This document shows, in pieces, positions 52,901-64,000 of a stretch of 64,000 nucleotides of DNA. The position numbers and the translations under genes are program-made. This stretch comes from Yuukianura sp. NJ FZ-2021. Lineage: Eukaryota. The stretch is from NCBI GenBank assembly GCA_046563655.1, contig CM102290.1, positions 11,098,001 through 11,162,000 of the forward strand, written 5' to 3'. How positions within the stretch are numbered: the stretch's first letter is position 1; the number at the start of each line of letters is the position of its first letter. Below the pieces are notes generated by a model, which was not told the DNA's origin, did not search any database, and was given only the letters and a program-made list of their open reading frames with translations.

Positions 52901-54853
52901 CGGTGTGTAACATTATGCCGAAGAGTGTCTCATCGGTTTCATATAAGGTTTTTTACGGGGTATGTTTAGGCCGGAGGAGTTAGGACTACTTGGTGGTGAG
53001 AAAATTCAAATTTTGAGATTTGGAACTTGAGCGACACAAAAATGGCCGCCACCGCGTGCCGCCGATGTTTGATTTTGTTTGAATTTTTGGAATAATTTGA
53101 ACTTTCCCTCCACGTTAAAAAGCTCCTCCTCCTCCTCAAGAGTCTTTTCCATAGAAAAATAGAAACGATCAGACTCTGCAACCACTAAATTTCTGAATTT
53201 CTGTTCATTTTTCCTTGTAAGTTTTTAGAAATTTCTGTTCTACAAGTTATGTTGACTTAGACGCATGTGCAGTTTCGCACAGCCTAAGTATACACGTTTC
53301 TCTTCGGTTTTTAATCTCGATCTTCTAGGGAGACTCTTAAGTGTAAAGATTAGGTTTAGGTTAACCTAATACGTTTGAAGGGGTGAATTCGTTTTTAGGC
53401 CTGTTGTGTTCTGGAGGTCATGGAGGTCGTATGTCACCGCAATTCGTGTTAAGTATCAAATTTAATTGATCATCAAATACTGTACTTTGGTCTAAATCTT
53501 GGCAAATTGGGGTAAGTTGACACTTTCAAAGGAAAACAAACTGAAAATCTAAATCAAACTTGAATTGCATGATTGCTCTGATTGTTCTAAGGAAAGTTCG
53601 GAAAGTTCTAAGCTTTCCTTTGGGGTAGTGGTTGTCTTCCTGATATGTCCGGTGACTCTGAAGATTTGATGCGCGCGCATATGATTTGAACGGGAAATTT
53701 TAAATTTTGAAACAAGAAACTAATTTAGTGGCATTCGGTTTCCTTTGCTTTAGTTCTAGAAAAGTTTTTTCAAAAAAATGAAAGCCGATTTTGACTTTTC
53801 CTCCGGAGAAACCCAATTTTGTTGTGAGAGCGTGAGGGAGACAAAAGCGGTTTTACAGAAGAGAACAAGCTCGACAGTAACGTGGAAGGAAAGAGTCAAA
53901 TCAAACATGGCGGCGGGAAAATTCAAATCAGAAATGGCGGCCAAAAAATTCAAAATCAGAGGTTGCAGAGTACAAAATTCAAACAAACCAATTGCGGCCC
54001 GAGGAGTCTGGATCTAAAAAGAAAACAAGTTAAAAAAGAATAATATAAATAAAAAATAAGAACCAATAGTTTTTGTTACGGCGAAAAAACAGAACAAAAA
54101 TTTACTGACTCAAAAGAGATTAACTAATCCACTTTTTAAGCTGTGTTTTTTAAATCTTAATTAACTTAAGACAATTAAATATTAAGTGTTTGTGACAACA
54201 GACAATTAAAAGAGGAGTAAGTGACGACAAAATTCAACCACTCAAAAAGCTCAACAGAGGCAGGAAATGTAATGACCTGAAAATTGATCAAAAAATGTTG
54301 ATGTTAATAATCACTTAAAATCTAAGAACCTTTCTAAAAAATAAGTAAACTTTGCCATACATTGCTAAAAATAAAGGAGAACAATAATTAATAATCATAA
54401 TATTCATAATAATAATAATAATCGGGATTAGTAAAAATTAAGTTCTGAATAATTTAGTTGATGGATGCCCATCACTATAAATCTAAAAATAAATCAAAAT
54501 TATTGTAAAAGTTAGTTTTGAAAAGAAAAACTTTTACAACAACCAACAACAGACACGCCCACACAAACAAAAGTCGAAAGAGCGCGAAATTTTAAATCAA
54601 AAGTAACTCAAAGATGACATAAAGCTGATCAGTTGAACAATTTTTAAATTTTGATAATATTTTTTCAAGGGTTGTTTTTTAGAAAGGCTAACGAGAATGA
54701 AAATTTGTTAGTATTTACAAACCTATGTAAACTTTTTCAAAATTCGGGAATTTTTCTTTTTGAAATATTTTGTTTCATTTTTCGAAACCAAGAGATGAAT
54801 TTTTGTTTTCAAATTAAGTAAAAATCCCCCGCGTGTTTTGGTGACGTAATTTG

Positions 54854-55602
54854 TGACTAGATTTTTCACCACCCTTTAGAGCCAAGGGTTTGTCTTAAAA
54901 ACAGTCCATCGTTTTTATATAAATAAAATACTGACTCAAAAAATGCTGACTTGTTCTGGAGACGTTATTTTTAGTTTTTTTTTTTAATTTTTGAAATAAG
55001 TTTTACGAAAAGAGCTGCCATAATTTTAAAATTAACTTGAATTCTCGCGGGGGAATTGTGCGATTCCCGGGAGAAAAGTCTCAATTTGCCCCTACTGTAA
55101 CTGTGAATGCGGAATGCCTAACTTCTAAAAATTTTAAGTAAACATGCCCACTTGTAATTATAATACATAATGTTTTTTGTTTTTTAAAATCCACATCATA
55201 AACATTTTAAAGCCTCACATCATAAAAACTTTATAATTTAAATTGGTGGCGGGGTAAGTTGAGATTCTAGTGTCCATTTTCTCCGTTAGGTTAGAGGGAA
55301 GAGGATACTTTTGTTGTTGTGGATAGTATGTGCATAACCCAAGGGCTCAGGGCCCTTGAGTCTTTGTAATTCTTTTTTCAAAATTTTCCAGGAGAGTCAC
55401 CCCGTCCCGTCGCGCGTTCAAAAACTTGACTAGGAATTAAAATTTGAGACTGTGAGAGCACGGGCCAGATATCGGCAAAAATGTGACTAGTTGAGCTTTC
55501 CTTGGCTTTTTACTAAAGTCTTAGTAACACGGGATGGGGTGACTCTTGACCTGCTGGAGCCTTGGGGTCACGGAGGTCATTGACCTGTGCGTACGGGACT
55601 AG
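54854..55602 (-). promoter_or_regulatory. miR-279-family seed matches in the proximal ELAV 3' UTR
   Basis: Minus-strand TCTAGTCA (54854-54861), CTAGTCA (55427-55433 and 55484-55490), CTAGTC (55597-55602). Confidence 0.6.
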
Positions 55603-55711
55603 TTTTGTTAGGTTTTGTTGGAGAAAATATGAGATGCCCAACGTAATCGTCAACAACGCCGTGACTTTTTGGCTGTTGTGACGTCACTTTCGTTTTTGCG
55701 CTGTAGACGCT

Positions 55712-59313
<3,602 letters not shown>

Positions 59314-59949
59314 TCACATGTTCAAAAGAATTTCGAAAATATACATTTTGAAAACGAAAATCTAAAACTGAAAACTTTAATGATAGGTCCTTTTTTTCGA
59401 TTTTTTTTTCCACAAAGACAACATTGATTTTGAAAAGTGTAATTTCTCAAGAGCTTTTTGATGGAAGTTTCCTCAAAAGTGTTTCTTTTCCAAAAAGTCG
59501 TTTTTGTTGAACTTTTGAGAAATGAGAGCACCCGAAAAAGAAGACTACCACACTGTGTTCTAAAAACTGTTCAAATATTTCTAAATTTTGAAATATAGTT
59601 GTTGTGGAGGAGGTTTGGAGTGGTTCCGTGTGTGTCTGACTGAATGGCTGTACTATAGCGGAAGACACAGTGGGAGTTTGATGCCGCATAGTGTGGGGTG
59701 TGTATGGCAAATACCCGGGTAGAATCCCTTCCCTCAACCTAAACCCATTTGAGAGAGTCCGAAACCCGAGAGAGCCAAGGGAGAGCCTACGTTTAGAAAA
59801 ACTGCGTTTAGACAAAAGTAAAAAAAGTAGACATGATCAGTGAAAAATGTATTGGCAGAGGGGCGAAAGCAGGAAATGCGGAAGGGGGTACTTAAGGGTC
59901 TACGCACTTCAATCTGCAGCAGCTGCTCCCTTGAGAGAGCAACGGCCCT

Positions 59950-59957
59950 TATTTATA
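59950..59957 (-). promoter_or_regulatory. Candidate TATA box of an ELAV promoter
   Basis: Minus-strand cTATAAATAaggg in a locally GC-richer context, about 850 nt upstream of the acceptor at 59101; motif match only. Confidence 0.4.
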
Positions 59958-61052
59958 GTCTGGACGCAATTTGATTTTTGATTTGAATGAAATATGAATC
60001 ACCATAATCAAAAAAGAAAGTCCATGAAAAAGTTTGCTTACAAAGGCGGCTTGAACGTTTTCAGATTTTGAAAGTTTGACAAAGTATCACTGTTTAGAAT
60101 TTTGGAATTTGAAATAGTACTCGAACAGAAATTTTGAACGTTTCAGGAAATTATTACTCACAAGATTTGAAATTTTGAAGCGTTAAATTTTGAAACTGAA
60201 TTTTGAAAACTCGTTCCACCAAAAAAGGTTTATGAGAATTTGATTTGTGTTTTGACATTTTGACCTTGAGGAAAACTTTCCCAACTTTTCTGCTGTTTTG
60301 GCAACTTGCAAGAATTGAAATTTATAAAAGAATTATTGGAAAATGGTGTAAATCAAAACCTGTTCAAAAATAGAAACATGGTTTCTATGACTCCCAAGTT
60401 TACTGAAACTTCAAATTCAAAATTAAATTTTTTTGTGAAAAGTTAAACCCACCCGTCTATAGGCAAGAACATGACGCTTTGGGTATTGCCCAGGCGCCGA
60501 CTTGTTGTACAAGGACGGCGCTTTTGACGCAGCGTCCTTTTCTGATCTCTTCAATCGGAATCGCTTCTTTTCCTGCAGCAGGTTTTTCGTAACCGCGAAG
60601 TTGCAATTTCGGCACAGAACTTTAAAAAAACCGTAAGACCGAAAAAAAACACTTTTGAGAAAATCGAAATAGGTAAGTTGGTGTATCCTGAATGTGACTC
60701 CAAGGAAAGACAAATGGGAACTGAGCCCAAAGTCTCCGAAAGCGCTTCCTCCAAAACAGATTTGGTGTGTTGTAGAGAATGGATGCGGGTATTCGGGGGA
60801 GGGAGGGGTTGGGGTGGGGGGAGAAGACGCAAGGGAGCTGTAGCAATGTCCCCCCATTACGAGCAGATGCAGATGGCACGTGGGGCTAAGGGCCCTCTTC
60901 CCTTGGTCTCTTCGAACCAAAAAGGGCCCCCTCCTGCTGAGTCCCTTTGTAACAAACGGAACTTTCGTGCTCTAATTTCTTTAAATCTTTCATTCCCTGC
61001 AGTCGGTTGAACTGAACTGGAGTTGTAGTGACTGTAACCACTCTCAGTCACA

Positions 61053-61336
61053 GTTGTAACCAAGGTTCCTTGACAACGAAAAATAAATTTTCTTTAACAG
61101 GTTGAGTACTACCTCGCTTGTTGACAGAAAATGAAAAAAAAAACCATGGTACCAATTTTGGTATCAATCCAAAAAACTGGTTTCAATTCGTATGTAAAAT
61201 TTATAAAATTTTTAAAATATTGTTATGACTACGATACCATGAAATGAAAGACACTCTTTTTTTGCAAAACCAAAAAAACATGAGATATTACTCAACCTGT
61301 TAAAGAACATCAAAGTCAACAAACCTTGGTTGTAAC
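61053..61336. repeat. Nested inverted repeat (~280 bp fold-back), MITE remnant or RNA structure
   Basis: Perfect 19-bp arms 61090-61108 / 61289-61307, 10-bp arms 61058-61067 / 61322-61331, and TTGAC/GTCAA between them. Confidence 0.75.
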
Positions 61337-64000
61337 CATCCTCAGCGTATTAACGCGGTGATTTATAATTTTAGGCCTACTTTGCATTGTCGTTAGTACT
61401 TGTTAAAATTTTTCCTAATTTCAGTGGTGGTGATATTTGCAGGAATGTGATAGTAACTACATCAGATGGTAACAAATAGTAAGGTTACACCGAAGGAGAG
61501 TTTATATTACTTCAACCGAATACAATTTCAATTTTCTTTTTTTTTACTTGCAGGCATATGTTGTTGCCTCCAAGGGCTCCGGGGACTTCCAAGGACCAAG
61601 AGGCCTTCAATGCTCTCTTTTGCCCGAAGCGTTTTAGCTCCAAAATTTGAAAAATCAAATTAGATTTCAAAGTTTTTAAAAAGAAATAGGAAAAGTCATT
61701 GACAAAACTTTTGAGTGGAACATGTTTGTCTGGATTAAAGAAAATAAATACAAGATAGGACGTGGCCAAAAAAAAGTTTCTCCACTTTGTGTCTTTTTCG
61801 AAGTTGAAATTTTGTGTGGGTGATCAAAAATATCCGACCTTCGGATTTTGACACTCCGCTCCTACTGCCGACTCTCTCCGAAATCCGAATTCGGGTTTCC
61901 TCTCACTCCCGGTTTTTCTTATGACTTGAGGCAGTGCGGTCTAACGGAGAGGAGGGTGATGGTGCAGGGAAAGTTTTTTTTTTTGAAAGAAAAACCAGAT
62001 AGTTTGTGTAGTAAAGGAGCACGGTTTTCACCAGAGGCAAAGCAGGAGTGAGCGTAATGCAGCAGTAGAGTGAAAAGTGTGCGCAAAGTCGTGGCGGTTT
62101 TTTTTCAAAAGTTCATTTTGAATGGAGAAAGCGTCCGCCAGCCAACTAAAGCTAAAAGGGAAAGCCTTGTCTCATTTCCACTTTCACTCCCCAACCCTAA
62201 TCCTACTCATAAATTCTCAATTGCACTTGGACTACTGTCTAACCTAACCCTATCCAATGGCACGTCTTTGGCAAGTGCGCTGGCGCATGCGCACGTCCGT
62301 TTTGTGCTAACTAGATACCATTCATCTGCTTTGGTATATACATGGAGATCTGTGGGGGCGGGGCACCGGCTTAATTAGCACGCTGATTAGCTTCTTAGTT
62401 GTTTTTTCTTTGAAAAAAAAACATAACACTAATGGGTACAACGATTTGCTTTGAAGTCCTACGACCTTGAATTTGTTTGAAAGACTTGTTAATCATTTAA
62501 TGCAAAAAAAAAAACGTTTTCTTGAAAAAGAAGAAAGTTGATTTTTCAAAAAGAATATAAACCGCTAAAGCTGTTGTCTTTTTCATTTCTTTCTTGGAAA
62601 AGTTATAAATCATTTGGATCAACGTGAGACACTTTCTAATTCCGGATATTGACATTTCAGCAGTGCTCGAAGATACTGACGATTCAAAGTTCGCGGTCTT
62701 ATTAAAGAATTGCAACGATTTTCAAAAATTTGCATGCGGGATATACAACGATTTTTAAAAATCGCTCGCTTCATGGAGAAGGATTTTCAAAATTTGCCGA
62801 CTTTCTGGCAAAATATTTCCAGAATTTTTAGAGTTTTTGCTAAAATTCGCTTCGAAGCACGTAAAGTGTTAATGCCAAAATCGTTTTTGGGAACTACATG
62901 TTTGAGAACTCACGCTTTTTTCTTGCTTTTTGTATAATCCCGCTCCTGAGTATTGGATAGAAGGAGCAATATGCTCCCAGTTTTTATGATTCAAGTTAAT
63001 CGATTAATGCAACTTCTCTCCCTGCTCTCCCAGCTACTGCATGAGCTTTTGTAGGCCTGGATACACACGATCGTCTGCCTGTAAGTATACATTCTACGTG
63101 TTTTTTTCATTGCCAACTGCAACCCCATCCCCGATTCTTTTGTCTCCCGGATCCGAAATTTCGGTTCTTTTTCACACCCTTTGGCAACCAAACGATCCAC
63201 ATCCACGCGGAAATTGTTGAAAGACTTACAACCTCAAAATTTCAAAATGAGTCTGTAAATGTTTAAAATTCCTAAAAGAATGTAAGGAGCCTTAAAATTT
63301 TAAAATAAGTTTAAACAATTTTGAAATTTTGAATTCCGAAGCTTTTACTAGGCCCAGATGATGAGTTATAAAGTGGATTGGATGTTTGGTATAAAAATTT
63401 AACGTAAACAGTATTTTGATGTTTTGATTATTGAATTTGAGTTTTAAGCTAAGTTGTTTACGTTTTTCTTTGAAAGTAAGCGCCGCTCAGTTTTGAACAG
63501 AATGTTGGATGCAGTTTAATTAGTGAAACGATTTGATCACTTTGAACAAAGTGCGTGGTTCCCTTTTAAGTCCCCCCTCTGCCTGCTGCAGCCCTTCAAC
63601 AATGACTCACACTGTGCAAATGCAAATTGCGTTTTTACTCGCACAATGATCAAAGGGCCTGGGGAGATTTTTTTTGGAGCTTCTGGTCTGAAACGAGTTC
63701 CTTGTTTTAAAAATTGATCCATACCAAACACGTTTTAAAAAAAAATCGAAATTTTTAAAAATCTGAAACAAGATAAGTTTCAAAACTTTGCTATTCTGCG
63801 TGCGTGCCACAACTGGACAACTGTCACGATGTTTAATTGAACACCTTGAGGAATTTTTTGAAAACCAAAACAAACAAAGCAAGCATTATGCTTATGTGTG
63901 AGTTGGATTTAAAAATTTTAATTTCTTTGTGGTAGGCATATGCCCCGTTAAATTTGGAACTTCCGATTTTGAATTTGAAGATCAAAAATGTTAACAATTT

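Noticed and set aside
47900..53200. Numerous 60-123 aa F/K/L-rich ORFs
   Set aside because: Composition reflects poly-A/T tracts; no coding signal.
53349..53370. TTAGG/CCTAA runs (also near 49743 and 62238) as interstitial telomere repeats
   Set aside because: Only two or three imperfect units each.
54854..54875. Plus-strand TGACTAGATTT as a miR-279/996 gene
   Set aside because: No precursor hairpin seen; better explained as a target site on the ELAV strand.

Overview
Eukaryotic DNA from a gene-dense, AT-rich genome with short GT-AG introns. The gene content (Ptp99A-like PTP, schlank-type ceramide synthase, arthropod-type ELAV linker exons) points to an arthropod; the species cannot be named from the sequence. 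Recognisable spliced genes in order: 3' two-thirds of an L-type Ca2+ channel alpha-1 (Cav1, +), ATRIP-like (-), WDR59 (-), ceramide synthase (-), GINS4/SLD5 (+), Ptp99A-like receptor PTP (+), class II ARF (-), a multi-C2H2 zinc-finger gene (+) and ELAV/Hu (-). Manual splicing recovers three genes with no family I recognise: a 425-aa type-I membrane protein nested antisense in a Cav1 intron, a 172-aa two-exon ORF, and a 64-aa two-exon microprotein absent from the ORF track. Other notable structure: a very high density of paired nuclear-receptor half-sites (AGGTCA as DR1/IR1/DR2) across the window; a 318-bp-period fold-back tandem array in a Cav1 intron; a candidate 99-nt cassette exon in the Cav1 IIIS3-S4 loop; clustered miR-279 seed matches plus an 18-bp stem in the ELAV 3' UTR; and CTCF/NRF1/YY1-like motifs between the zinc-finger and ELAV genes. 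All gene models were read by eye; no searches were run.
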